Source of the DNA: an uncultured Thermoplasmata archaeon
Lineage (GTDB): Archaea > Thermoplasmatota > Thermoplasmata > Lutacidiplasmatales > UBA184
Assembly (NCBI GenBank): GCA_963809035.1
Contig: CAWEHV010000002.1
Coordinates: 1,716,701 to 1,780,700, forward strand
Length of the DNA stretch: 64,000 nucleotides
Direction: 5' to 3'
The notes beneath the pieces are model-generated. The model was not told the DNA's origin. It worked only from the letters and a program-made list of their open reading frames with translations, and did no database searches. The position numbers and the translations under genes are program-made. How positions within the stretch are numbered: the stretch's first letter is position 1; each line of letters begins with the position of its first letter. Positions 8,816-18,807 of the stretch are shown here, in pieces.

Positions 8816-11800
8816 ATGACGGACCGTAGTGCCGCACATGACTCCGCACCGGGCTCACGCGTCACTCAAGGCGGGCACCGATCGCGATTCCGGGTGCTTT
8901 CCGCACTGCGGTCCCGATCATCGCGGCGCGCCATTCTGGTGGTAGTAGTCGCGGTCCTCGCGCTAGGGATCCAGTCGGTTGCTCCTGCTGGCCACGCCTC
9001 ACCCGCATCCGCAGACGTCCGTTCGGCAATCGCCACCGGACCAAACCCGACCGGAGTTCCGAACCTTGTCGCCGCGGCGCAGCAATCGCTCACCTCGGGG
9101 GGCGGGCCGGTAGCAGGGGAACATTGGGCGTGTAGCATTCGGGGAGGGACCTCCTTCCAATGTGGGAGCGATGCGTCTGCCGAATCCACCGGGTTGGCGA
9201 GCACTCTTGGGTGGACCCAAATCGGGGTCAGTCCTCCTCTTGATCCTGGTGGGCTCATGGCCTACGACGTTGCAGAATCTGCTGTCGTACTCCTTGCTTC
9301 TGCCGGTATCAACCCTATCACTTCGAACACATCGACCTGGACCTACGCGAACGGAACATGGGCGCCGGTGGTCACCGCGATCAATCCCCCTGACTGTGGC
9401 GGATCCGTAATGGCCTACGATGCGGCTGATTCCGAGACCGTGCTCTTCACAGGGGCTAATTGCACCGGTAGCGACCAGACCTGGATCTTCCAGGCCGACT
9501 CGTGGCTGCACCTCCACCCCTCGATGGTCCCTCCGGCCCGAGATGGCGCGATCCTTACGTACGACCCGTCAAGAGACTATGCCGTGCTCGCCGGGGGTTA
9601 CAATTCGTCGTGTGGGGGTTTCTGCAGCGATACGTGGGACTTTTCCGGCGGAAATTGGACCAACCTCACAGGCCAAGTAGCGGGGGCTCTCCCGGGTCGC
9701 GAAGGTGCCGCGGCAGCTTACAACCCTTCGGATGGCGACGTGTTCGTCTTCGGCGGAGGAGGAAGTTCCGGGAGTCTTAACGACACTTGGGCCTTCAACG
9801 GCACCGCCTGGTCCCAGGTGCCTCTCGGCGGGAGCGAACCGGAAATGTTCGCTCCCCTACTGACGTACGATTCGGCCGATGGCTACCTGCTGCTCGCTGA
9901 CGGCGACTCCACGGGATGCGTAGAAGTGTGCCCCAACCAGACGTGGAGCGTCGTGTCGGGAGCCTGGACCAAGATCACTCCTACTGGGCCGTTGCCGCCA
10001 CCGAGTGGAGATTGGTCCTGGACCTACGACTCAGCGGCGGCCGCTGTGGTTCTCTTTGGGGGCCCATTTGCATATTCCGTGTACCCGATCACTGGTTCCA
10101 CATGGACCTACGTGGGCGGGGGATGGTTGAATCGGAGTCTGTCACAACCTCCCCCTCCGCGTTCCGAGGCAAGTTTGGTCTACGACGCGGCCGACGGGTA
10201 CGTCCTACTCTTTGGAGGATGGACCGTTCCGTCCGGCGGGAATTCTTACTTCATCGGGGATACCTGGAGCTACTCAAATGGGGTCTGGACTAACCTGACG
10301 GGATCTCAAACGACCGCACCTGGCGCCCGATCCGGCGCGGCAATTGCATACGACGCTGCCGATGGATACGTCATCCTCTTTGGTGGCGAGAGCCCGAGTT
10401 GTCACGGCGGGACGAACCCGTCTTTCCCCGTCTGCGGTGACACATGGGAGTTCATCGGCGGCAAATGGACCCGACTCACCCCTTCCATCGCGCCTTCTAA
10501 TCGGAGCAACGCGGGCATGGTGTACGACGTCGCTGATGGGGAGGTGGTCCTCTTCGGCGGGACCAACGAACTAGGTCTCAATGATACGTGGACCTTCAGC
10601 GCAGGGGTTTGGACCAACATCACCACCTGGAGCCCGCACCCGCCGCCTACCTCACCCATTGCCTCCGCCGGGCTCACGTACGACGCAGGTGACGGGTACC
10701 TCCTGCTGTTCGGTGCGGGCTTGAGTCAGGCCCCATGGATCAACAATGATACCTGGGCGTTCCACGCGGGTCTCTGGACGAACCTAACAGCTTCGGTTCG
10801 GGGGGCTCCGTCTCCTGAGGTGGGGGGAACCCTTGCGTACGACCCGACCTACGGAGTCTCGGTTGAGTTCGGCGGGTGCCTGACTGACGATTGCAGTGTG
10901 CTAGGCGGTCAGACCTTTACCTACGTCAACTCAAACTGGACAGCCCGTTTCCCTCCCCAAGAGCCCAGCCCGCGCGACGGGTCCCAGATGGTGTTCGATT
11001 CGGCGGACGGAATCCTCCTACTCTTCGGCGGGGAAGTTGTCCTCGGGGACAGCCGAGGGGTCACCGGTGATCTCTGGGAGTTCGGCATGGTCTCGACTAC
11101 TCTCTCGGTTCAGAAGTTTACTTCCTCGCCAGATGTATCCGACGTGGGCCTGCCAATAACTTTGCATGTCTCGACAGCAAACGGGAACGGCACGCTGAGC
11201 TACTCTTACATCGACCTACCACATGGCTGTCTGACGTCGAACGCATCCAGTCTCACATGCACGCCGGCCACCGCTGGGACGTATTCTGTCGGAGTCGTCG
11301 TGACCGACACTGCAGACCAGCAAGCATCCGCTCAACTCACTCTCACGGTGAACATGGTCCCGTCCATCACTACCTTCCAGGCATCCCCCAATACAACCAA
11401 CGTCGGCAATCGAACCCTCCTTGAGGCGGTTGTGACAGGTGGAACTGGCAGCTACTCGTACCAGTATACGGGTCTCCCACCCGGGTGCCTCTCCCAGACC
11501 GTTCCGACCCTCCCGTGTCAACCCAACACGGCCGGCAATTACACCGTCTCCGTCAACGTGACGGATTCCGTCGGGGGGAAGGCGATGGCCAGCCTCGGAC
11601 TGACGGTCGAACCGGCCAGTGTCGGGACTTATCCGCAGGTTTCTAGATTCGCGGCCTCTCCGTCACCGATCTCCCTCGGGAACGAGACCAACTTCTCGGT
11701 CGATGTGGTCGGCGGGAATACCGGAATGACGTTTGAGTACTCCGGCCTTCCGCCCGGATGCACTTCAGCCAATGTAACAACGCTCCCATGCACACCCACC

Positions 11801-12367
11801 TCCGCGGACACCTACACCATTCAGCTCGATGTGGTAGCCCCCAACGGGAACTCGACCGAAGTTGGAACCACTCTGACGGTCTACCCCGCCGGGACGCCCG
11901 GTCATCCGCTAGTGGAAGCGTTCGCCGCGACCCCCAGCCTCCTGCAGCTGGGCAACTCCACAGTGTTCGATGTCACGGCGACCGAAGGCGCATCCGTCCT
12001 CACATTCTCATTCGGCGGCTTGCCACCGGGATGTCAGTCACGCGATCAATCGGCGTTGCCATGTACCCCAACCAGCGGAGGAGCCTACACGGTTACGGTA
12101 GTCGTCCGCGATACCCGCGGAAACGCCACCTCGGTCGCAACGTCAATTACGGTGACTGGGAGAGGAATCGTCCCCGGCTCGGGAACGAACCTTTCCGTTC
12201 TGTACACGGAATATGCGATCGTAGCTATCGGGATCGCAGTCGGGTCGCTCGGGGCGGCCGGAGTGTTACTTCAGCGTCGCGACCGACGGCTGCGTGACGA
12301 GGGCGAACAATGGATCGGCGGACTGCTTACCGAAACCCGCTCGCCTCCCAAGAAACCGGGGCCCTAG
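8816..12367 (+). CDS. Giant surface protein: signal/TM, Kelch-type beta-propeller repeats, four tandem ~90-aa Ig/PKD-like modules, C-terminal TM and basic tail
   Basis: Repeated 'DGYVLLFGG...TW(S/E)F..G.WT(N/R)LT' Kelch blades. Four modules of the form 'YSY..GLPPGC.....LPCTP...G.YTV.V.V.D'. Final 'AIVAIGIAVGSLGAAGVLL' helix followed by 'QRRDRRLRDE'. Many N-glycosylation sequons. Confidence 0.7.
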   Translation: MTDRSAAHDSAPGSRVTQGGHRSRFRVLSALRSRSSRRAILVVVVAVLALGIQSVAPAGHASPASADVRSAIATGPNPTGVPNLVAAAQQSLTSGGGPVAGEHWACSIRGGTSFQCGSDASAESTGLASTLGWTQIGVSPPLDPGGLMAYDVAESAVVLLASAGINPITSNTSTWTYANGTWAPVVTAINPPDCGGSVMAYDAADSETVLFTGANCTGSDQTWIFQADSWLHLHPSMVPPARDGAILTYDPSRDYAVLAGGYNSSCGGFCSDTWDFSGGNWTNLTGQVAGALPGREGAAAAYNPSDGDVFVFGGGGSSGSLNDTWAFNGTAWSQVPLGGSEPEMFAPLLTYDSADGYLLLADGDSTGCVEVCPNQTWSVVSGAWTKITPTGPLPPPSGDWSWTYDSAAAAVVLFGGPFAYSVYPITGSTWTYVGGGWLNRSLSQPPPPRSEASLVYDAADGYVLLFGGWTVPSGGNSYFIGDTWSYSNGVWTNLTGSQTTAPGARSGAAIAYDAADGYVILFGGESPSCHGGTNPSFPVCGDTWEFIGGKWTRLTPSIAPSNRSNAGMVYDVADGEVVLFGGTNELGLNDTWTFSAGVWTNITTWSPHPPPTSPIASAGLTYDAGDGYLLLFGAGLSQAPWINNDTWAFHAGLWTNLTASVRGAPSPEVGGTLAYDPTYGVSVEFGGCLTDDCSVLGGQTFTYVNSNWTARFPPQEPSPRDGSQMVFDSADGILLLFGGEVVLGDSRGVTGDLWEFGMVSTTLSVQKFTSSPDVSDVGLPITLHVSTANGNGTLSYSYIDLPHGCLTSNASSLTCTPATAGTYSVGVVVTDTADQQASAQLTLTVNMVPSITTFQASPNTTNVGNRTLLEAVVTGGTGSYSYQYTGLPPGCLSQTVPTLPCQPNTAGNYTVSVNVTDSVGGKAMASLGLTVEPASVGTYPQVSRFAASPSPISLGNETNFSVDVVGGNTGMTFEYSGLPPGCTSANVTTLPCTPTSADTYTIQLDVVAPNGNSTEVGTTLTVYPAGTPGHPLVEAFAATPSLLQLGNSTVFDVTATEGASVLTFSFGGLPPGCQSRDQSALPCTPTSGGAYTVTVVVRDTRGNATSVATSITVTGRGIVPGSGTNLSVLYTEYAIVAIGIAVGSLGAAGVLLQRRDRRLRDEGEQWIGGLLTETRSPPKKPGP

Positions 12368-12483
12368 ATTCGAGCGAAGGTCGGTGCATTGCTGGAGCGA
12401 CGGTGCCTGGCCAGATGCCTCCCATGCGTCCTGGAGCATTGGGATAGTCTCCTTGAGGTCAAGGGACCTCGTGGAGGCAGCCC

Positions 12484-13098
12484 ATGAATCTTCTGGACAT
12501 TGCAATCGGGTTCGCCGGCGGTCTCGGAACGGGCCTAGCTGCGTGGTTCGTTTGGAATCGTTTCCTACGGTCGAGGGAAGCACTCGAACCCTCCCCTGTC
12601 AGCAGTTCGAGCGCCGAGCCCAAGGATGGCACTGGAACCCAACCGAGCACCGCCGAGGTGAGTGTCACGCATCCGGAGGGTGCGACCCAGGTTCCTCCTG
12701 CGTCAGGCGCGTCTCCTGATACTGAACTACGCGAGTGGACGCCGAACATAACCCCGATCGCGCGTCCGGCTCCTATGGCCCCGGAGCAGGAGGTCGTGAC
12801 CCCATTTGATCGGTCCGGACTTCGGGGGCAGGAAATCTCGCGGAGGGTGATTCTGCATTTGATTGAACAAGGTCCACTTTACGACATGGATGTCGCCCCG
12901 ATTGCTTTCACGCAGGAGGGGATGTCGGCTGCTCTCGGAGTTCGGCAGGGTTCACTCGCGAAAGTCCTGCTCCGACTCGTGGCCTCGGGGGCGCTCACGG
13001 TAGATCGCCGTCACGTCACCAAGAGGTCTCTTCGATTGAAGGTCTACCGTCTCACTCCGCTCGGGGTAGCCGTAGCCAGAGAACTCCAGCGGAAGTAG
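12484..13098 (+). CDS. Membrane-anchored winged-helix (MarR/TrmB-like) DNA-binding protein
   Basis: N-terminal TM helix 'LLDIAIGFAGGLGTGLAAWFVW', a low-complexity Ser/Pro linker, then a C-terminal wHTH-like segment 'ISRRVILHLIEQGP...GMSAALGVRQGSLAKVLLRLVASGALT'. Confidence 0.45.
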   Translation: MNLLDIAIGFAGGLGTGLAAWFVWNRFLRSREALEPSPVSSSSAEPKDGTGTQPSTAEVSVTHPEGATQVPPASGASPDTELREWTPNITPIARPAPMAPEQEVVTPFDRSGLRGQEISRRVILHLIEQGPLYDMDVAPIAFTQEGMSAALGVRQGSLAKVLLRLVASGALTVDRRHVTKRSLRLKVYRLTPLGVAVARELQRK

Positions 13099-13470
13099 TA
13101 TACTCACCGGACGAAGCTCTTCCGAACACCAGGGGTAAACTGGTCGCTGTCCGCGAGCGCGGGGGGTCAGGGCCGAACCGCCCTACCGAATATCGCGCCT
13201 CTTGGAAGATGGGGCGGGTGGTGTAACCGCCAATCGACCCAATCGAGTTATCCGCCGATCTCGACGACGGAATTGGACCATTCGGAGCTGGTGGGGTCGA
13301 GGTTCACCCGAGGAATCCGTCGAACCGTGTGTAGTCTGTTGGAGTCAAGTATCCATCGCATGGCCACGAGAACCCCCGCCTCAAGATTCTGTACGGGACC
13401 GCCATGCGGTAACAGAAGAGCCCCTCTGTTGAGGAGGACTGAAATAGCTCATAGGGCATCGTGACAATAG

Positions 13471-14935
13471 ATGACGACATATTGGTCATCTCTTGCCGGC
13501 AAACCATTCGTTACAGTGAGTCCCACAGGTGGAGGGACGCCGCCTAACGACGGAGCGGACTTCGGTCCGGATACCTTGCTCCACAACGTCGGTCCGAGGA
13601 AGACAGTCACCAATGGCATTCAGGAAGCAATCACGGCTATGGCCGGCGTTGAGAATGAAATCTATTGCTTGGCAGGATCATATTCGATTGCAGCGAGTCT
13701 GTACAACAATCATAGCGGCCAGGTGGCGAGATTCTCAGCCGGGGCAATACTCAACTTTAGCCCGACGGGGACGTATGAGACCACCGATCTCAGCCGGCCC
13801 GTGCGATATTCTGGTGGGGACCCAGCGTACCCCCAATGAGCAGAATTATCACGATTGTTACTGGCTCGGAAACGGTGCCCAAATCATTGGGAGCGGTCTC
13901 TCTGGCACGACTCCAGAGGAAGTCTTCGGCGCTGTTCACTCGGCCGCTTCGGTCTACTCGGTTGGGTACAAACTAGTAGTCGAAGGTTTCACAATCAGCA
14001 ACATCGGAAATATCTCATTCATTATCTGTGCGAATAACTACGCCACTGGCGTAACCTACAAACAGCAGGTTCGGCAAGTCCGTTTTTCTAGGATTACGGC
14101 GACATGGTATTCCGGACTTGACTACACCACTGGTGCTTCAGGAATGCTGGTCCACGGTTCCGCTCGTCAGGTTCTGATCGAGGACTGCCTCCTCGATGCG
14201 AGAGGCATTGACGGCTCGCCCCTCCCAGACTTATCAAACTGTTTTATCCATGGGAACGCTGGCGACACAACTCAAATTGTTGTTAGAAGAAGCATGTTTC
14301 TGCAGCCAATTACCTCCGGGTCATGCATGTTCAGCATGGGGTCTTGCTGGGAACTCCAGGGGAATGATTCTGTGATAAAGGGGAACACTGGCCCAAATGA
14401 TGCGCACAGGATTTCAATCGAGGGGTGCGTTTTCGATTCGGGTCGTACGTTGCCCACCGCAAGCGGTTGTGGAGGAGGATACATCGATGATTGCAACGCC
14501 AATTGTAGCACAGTTACTGGTCACATCAAGGAAGTCGTGTTTAGGCGGACCCACTTAGTCAATGTGTACTCGGGTTACCATGCACAGACTGCCGCTGTCT
14601 TTGGAGAATTGAGCTTCAAGGATGGCACCCCACTAGCGGCGTGGTTCCCGGACCAGACACCTCCGAGCTACGTGAGAAATGACCTCCCAAATCGGATTCC
14701 GGGGGACAGCGGGCAGAATCTGAATCCGCCCTCCATAGGTCCATTCTCGTATCAAAACCTAAATGGTTTCAAAATCACGGTGGTCGTAAGCCTAGGTTCC
14801 GGTGTATCCGTCAAGATCAACGGTGCCTTGGTTGGGGTGCCGGCTGGGGCTTTTCAATTGGCACACGGTGACACGATTGTCGTCTCCTACAGCAGCTCCC
14901 ACCAGCCGAATATTTTCGCCCTCTCCATCACCTAG
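13471..14935 (+). pseudogene. Pectate-lyase-superfamily right-handed beta-helix protein, paralog 1, single-nt frameshift near 13795
   Basis: N-terminus (13471 frame) and body (13529 frame) each align to paralog 15337-16710. The frames switch at 'DLS|RP..DILVGTQ'. Either a real frameshift or a sequencing error. Confidence 0.55.
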
Positions 14936-15336
14936 TTAGTCATTCAGCGCCTAAGTCAGATGCCGAGACTAGCTGTTGTGCAAGCTCGATTACCACTATG
15001 CGTAAGTCAAGCCGTTAACAACTGCGAGAGTGACAACGAGTTCCTCGTCGAACCGCAGTCGAGCCAGCTGCGTCTCCTGCATCATTCGGGATGCAACCGC
15101 CACAATTCACTCCCAAGAAACAATCCAAAGAGAGTTTGTCATCTTAGAAGCTGCATTAGGCCTACTGACACTTCTCGGGCTGGAGGCATTACGGAGTCGA
15201 CCCCGACTAATCATCGAAATGTCTGAATCGGTCGCGCCCCGGTGTCCCTTCCCCGAGGCATAGGATTCAGAAGCAAGGCCATCGCGAATTCCGACCTTGA
15301 AGGGCCTTAAATAAATCATCACCATGATTCCCAAGG

Positions 15337-16710
15337 ATGGCAGCGAATTGGGCCACCCTCTCCGGAAAGCCATTCGTAACAGTGAGCCCAACCGGAGGAG
15401 GCACACCTCCTAACAATGGAGCCGACTACGGTCCGGATACCTTGCTTAACAATGTAGGCCCGGGTAAGACTGTCACTAGCGGAATCCAGGAGGCCATAAT
15501 GGCACTCCCTTCAACCGGTGGTACCGTTTACTGCCTGGCAGGTGCGTTTGCCATAAGTGCCAGTCTCTTCAACACGGGGAATTATCAAGTCGTTCAGTTT
15601 TCCGCCGGCGCCATTCTCGAATTCAGCTCCTCTGGGACCTACGTATCCACAGACTTGGCCGGGGATACGGACATCCTAGTTGGTACTCAAAGGACTCCAA
15701 CCGAATTGAATTTTCATGACTGCTACTGGCTTGGGAATGGCACCCAGATCCTTGGAAGCGGTCTGAGTTCGGAATATGTCTTCGCTGCCCAACATTCAGC
15801 GTCCTCCGTTGACGCGGTCGGTTACAAATTGGTAGTAGAGGGTTTCACGATTTCAAATGTCGGCAACAGCGCCTTCATTATCGGAGCCAACAATTACTCG
15901 GGCGGGGTAACTTATTCACAGCAGATTCGCCAAGTTCGATTCTCGAGAATTTCCGCCACATGGAAGAGCGGTACGTCTGGAGCTGGACTTGTGATCGAGG
16001 GGTCGGCCCGTGAGATCCTCATCGAGGACATAACACTAGATACATCGGCTATGGAATCTAATACCTACAACAACTGCTTCATTCGAGGGGCGTCGGGTGA
16101 CACCGAAGATGTCGTTATTGCTCGGTCGACATTCATTCAGGAACCACATAATGGAAACGTGTTCCAAGTCTCTGCAAACACTGGGACTGACAATCCTACT
16201 CAGCCGAGATACGTTTTCAATGTTCGCTTCGAGGATTGTGTGTTTGATTCAGGATCTGCAACCGTGAGCTACAAGAATGCAGGCGGAGGATGGATCGCGG
16301 ATAACAATTCAGGGAGTTCACATCCCGGATTCGTTTACAATGTTGAGTTCTGCCGATGCGAGTTCCTCTATGTCGGGATTACCTTCCAATCCTCAGGGAC
16401 GGGATCGTCCCAGTTTGGTTATCTCCGATTTTCCGAGGGCTCGATTCCTAGCGGGTTTTCTGGCAGCCTTCTCGGCAGAGGCCCGGGCGACCCCGGAACC
16501 ACCCTTTCACTCACAAGTGGTGTGGCCTACACCAATCAGGATGGGTTCGAGGAGCGTATCATCATCTCAGGTGGAGGGGTGACCTCGATCTCACTAAACA
16601 ACCAGGGTACTGGCGTCTTGTCTGGAGCCTTCGTGCTTCGTGACGGGGATTCCTTGACGGTCATTTGGTCCGGCTCCCCGCCGACGGTGATGCTAAAGCA
16701 GCCATTCTAG
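15337..16710 (+). CDS. Pectate-lyase-superfamily right-handed beta-helix protein (tailspike/glycosidase-like fold), paralog 2
   Basis: N-terminus 'TGGGTPPNNGADYGPD...GIQEAI...GGTVYCLAGAF' matches the pectate-lyase-superfamily 'GDGVTDDT.AIQ.AI...GG.VY.P.G.Y' signature. Repeated 'ISNVGNSAFIIGANNYSGG' and 'CVFDSGS' beta-helix rungs. Confidence 0.6.
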   Translation: MAANWATLSGKPFVTVSPTGGGTPPNNGADYGPDTLLNNVGPGKTVTSGIQEAIMALPSTGGTVYCLAGAFAISASLFNTGNYQVVQFSAGAILEFSSSGTYVSTDLAGDTDILVGTQRTPTELNFHDCYWLGNGTQILGSGLSSEYVFAAQHSASSVDAVGYKLVVEGFTISNVGNSAFIIGANNYSGGVTYSQQIRQVRFSRISATWKSGTSGAGLVIEGSAREILIEDITLDTSAMESNTYNNCFIRGASGDTEDVVIARSTFIQEPHNGNVFQVSANTGTDNPTQPRYVFNVRFEDCVFDSGSATVSYKNAGGGWIADNNSGSSHPGFVYNVEFCRCEFLYVGITFQSSGTGSSQFGYLRFSEGSIPSGFSGSLLGRGPGDPGTTLSLTSGVAYTNQDGFEERIIISGGGVTSISLNNQGTGVLSGAFVLRDGDSLTVIWSGSPPTVMLKQPF

Positions 16711-16904
16711 TCGCTAGGCGAGGACGTCACAACGGTGAGCCTAAGTCGCTCCATTCCAAGTGGGTCGGGCCCGGCCTAGAACGTTAGGCGCGCCCAGCCG
16801 TCAGCCGTGTTCCGACCATGAAAGTCGTAGGGAATCACATCGCGGAGCTCACTCCTCTCTCTAGGATCTGGAGATAAGTCCCTCCATAAAGGAGTGTCAT
16901 TTCA

Positions 16905-16960
16905 CTTGGTCAGGTCGGCGTCCACTCCCCCGGGGGGATCAAATCGACCAGAGTCTCGGG
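16905..16960 (+). other. tRNA-like dispersed repeat (core GGCGTCCACTCCCCCGGGGGGATCAAATCG inside a ttggtc/gaccag stem)
   Basis: Same core as 8575 and 30225. Confidence 0.3.
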
Positions 16961-17178
16961 TCCGGACGGACTCGATCCTCACAGGATCTAACCCATGGTT
17001 TCCATGCGCTCCCTGGACGGTTTGTGGGCACGATGCCTACCCAGTAGACCATAGTCCAATCTATGCAATCCTTGCGGTCGGTCCTCGTCCCGCTCGCTGA
17101 TCGCGGTCCCTGTCATCGATCGCGCGCGCCCACAGCCCGAATTTGCCTGCGGCGGGTACGTACGGAGCCGGGCCAAGA

Positions 17179-17649
17179 TCACAAAGCGAGGGGCTTCGCC
17201 AGGGTTCGAAGCCTGAGACTTTCCTCGAACCCTATGGCCTCGAGCTCCCCCCGCGAGCCGGTGCGATGGTCTGGCAGGTCCGTCATGACCCTTGGGGTTT
17301 TCTGTACCTCAATCCACCTCAGCGCGGTCGCGAGCAACTTGCGGGAGCCAGCGGCACCATTCCCTGCAGGTAGGGGGGTCGGGGTCAGTTGCGCGATCTC
17401 AAAGTTGGGGCTCATCACGGCTCTTGCGAATCCGACCGCGAGACCGTTCTCTTCAATCACCCAAGCTTCGATGCGGGCCTTCATGACGCTTTGAAGCAGG
17501 GGCGACAGATGGTAGTCGCTCGCTCGGCGGGGAACAACGTCCCTGACCCTCTGCACCATCTGGGCGTTGTCGAGCTGAGCAAGATGTTTGGCGTCGCCCC
17601 CCGGAAGCTCCGGATTACCTTCGTCCCCAATCCGACCAACGCCAGTCAC
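17179..17649 (-). CDS. GNAT-family N-acetyltransferase, 5' end overlapped or replaced by an IS630 fragment (probably truncated)
   Basis: 'GLAVGFARAV...GNGAAGSRKLL...LEAIGFEE' resembles GNAT motifs A/B. The N-terminal ~15 codons lie inside the partial IS copy 17605-17824. Confidence 0.4.
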   Translation of the reverse strand: MTGVGRIGDEGNPELPGGDAKHLAQLDNAQMVQRVRDVVPRRASDYHLSPLLQSVMKARIEAWVIEENGLAVGFARAVMSPNFEIAQLTPTPLPAGNGAAGSRKLLATALRWIEVQKTPRVMTDLPDHRTGSRGELEAIGFEESLRLRTLAKPLAL

Positions 17650-17824
17650 CTAAATCCGATCGAGACCCACTTCCGAACCATTCGTCGGTGGGCCTTCACC
17701 CGGATTGAACTACACCGATTGGGAGGAGGCTAAGGAGGCACTCCGTCTCGCCATCCGACGGCTCAATCGGATCCACTAGGTGACCAATTCACGACCCACA
17801 CACCTCTGGTGGACGCGGCACTAG
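17605..17824 (+). mobile_element. Partial (3'-terminal ~220 bp) copy of the IS630-family element, inverted relative to the full copy
   Basis: Encodes '...LRITFVPNPTNASHLNPIETHFRTIRRW...' (= C-terminus of the transposase at 18808-19869). Ends in the same terminal repeat 'gacgcggcactag' (17812-17824). Confidence 0.7.
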
Positions 17825-17884
17825 AGGCTGCAAATTGCACGCCCGCGACTTACACTGAACCTTTGGCCGATTGGCGCTCGACGC

Positions 17885-18703
17885 TTATTTGTCGGCATGA
17901 CCCGACTCGGGGTTAGGGGTAGCGGGCAACCCAAGATCCCAGATCATGGGCCAATCCTTCTTGGTGAGAAGGTAGGTGACTGCGAGGCTGAGGACAGACA
18001 GCACAAGGATGACTGCTTCGAAGATCCACATGTTGTACGATGAGGCAAATGGGACAAGGAAATCGATTAGCCCCATCGGAAGTGCGGCCGCGAGATAGCG
18101 GCGCTTTCCTGAAGCCGCAGCTATTGCCGTTAAGATTCCCCACGAGAAATGGGCTAGAATGGACGATATTCGTTCGATTAACCCAATCGCCACTGGTTGC
18201 AAGACCTGGCCCACAGATCCTGAGGGTAGCCCAGACATCCCAGTGATGATTTGTGCTAGCAAATCCGGAATCAAAAGCAACCCGAATAGAACTCCATTTT
18301 CCCAGAACGCCAGGCCTGCCCCGAAAGCCGGCGCCTGCTCCGCCCTGAGTCGGTGTTTGAACGTAGCGTACAGCGCGAACATGTACGCGAGGCCGACCTC
18401 GAAGATGACAGCTTGGAGGCCGAAGTACAGGCCGGCCAGGACGAGGTCCGATGGTTCTAGGAAGATAGCTTGAAAAATCACTTTCGCTGCTATCGCGAGG
18501 AAGTAAGCCAAGGCCGATATGAGAAGTAGGGCGGTTGTCAAGAGATGCTTCCTGTAGTACACATACAGGAGAGCGAAGGCACCAAGTGTGATGACATACG
18601 GTTGGATTAGGTAAAGCCAGGTGAATGGAGTCAAGGCCGGTTGAATCCTTGCTCCCCTAAGAACTGTTGCCGTTCCAACAAATGCGTTGTACCTCGCGCC
18701 CAT
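17885..18703 (-). CDS. Polytopic integral membrane protein (about 8 predicted TM helices), function unknown
   Basis: 272-aa ORF starting at the ATG 18701-18703. Uniformly hydrophobic helices. The 557-aa ORF in the track is a spurious upstream extension running antisense through the IS. Confidence 0.55.
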   Translation of the reverse strand: MGARYNAFVGTATVLRGARIQPALTPFTWLYLIQPYVITLGAFALLYVYYRKHLLTTALLLISALAYFLAIAAKVIFQAIFLEPSDLVLAGLYFGLQAVIFEVGLAYMFALYATFKHRLRAEQAPAFGAGLAFWENGVLFGLLLIPDLLAQIITGMSGLPSGSVGQVLQPVAIGLIERISSILAHFSWGILTAIAAASGKRRYLAAALPMGLIDFLVPFASSYNMWIFEAVILVLSVLSLAVTYLLTKKDWPMIWDLGLPATPNPESGHADK

Positions 18704-18807
18704 GGGAAAATCCGGTCGTGAGTCTACGACCGAACGGACCGTGCTCGCACAATCGACCTTGAATCCTTGCGAACCTACTCGGGCGCGCTGATTATCTCTC
18801 GGTTCGA

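Noticed and set aside
9162-12297. Numerous 60-180-aa ORFs in other frames inside the giant surface-protein gene, and likewise inside the 1438-aa helicase gene
   Set aside because: They are nested within long motif-bearing genes and have GC-skewed low-complexity composition.
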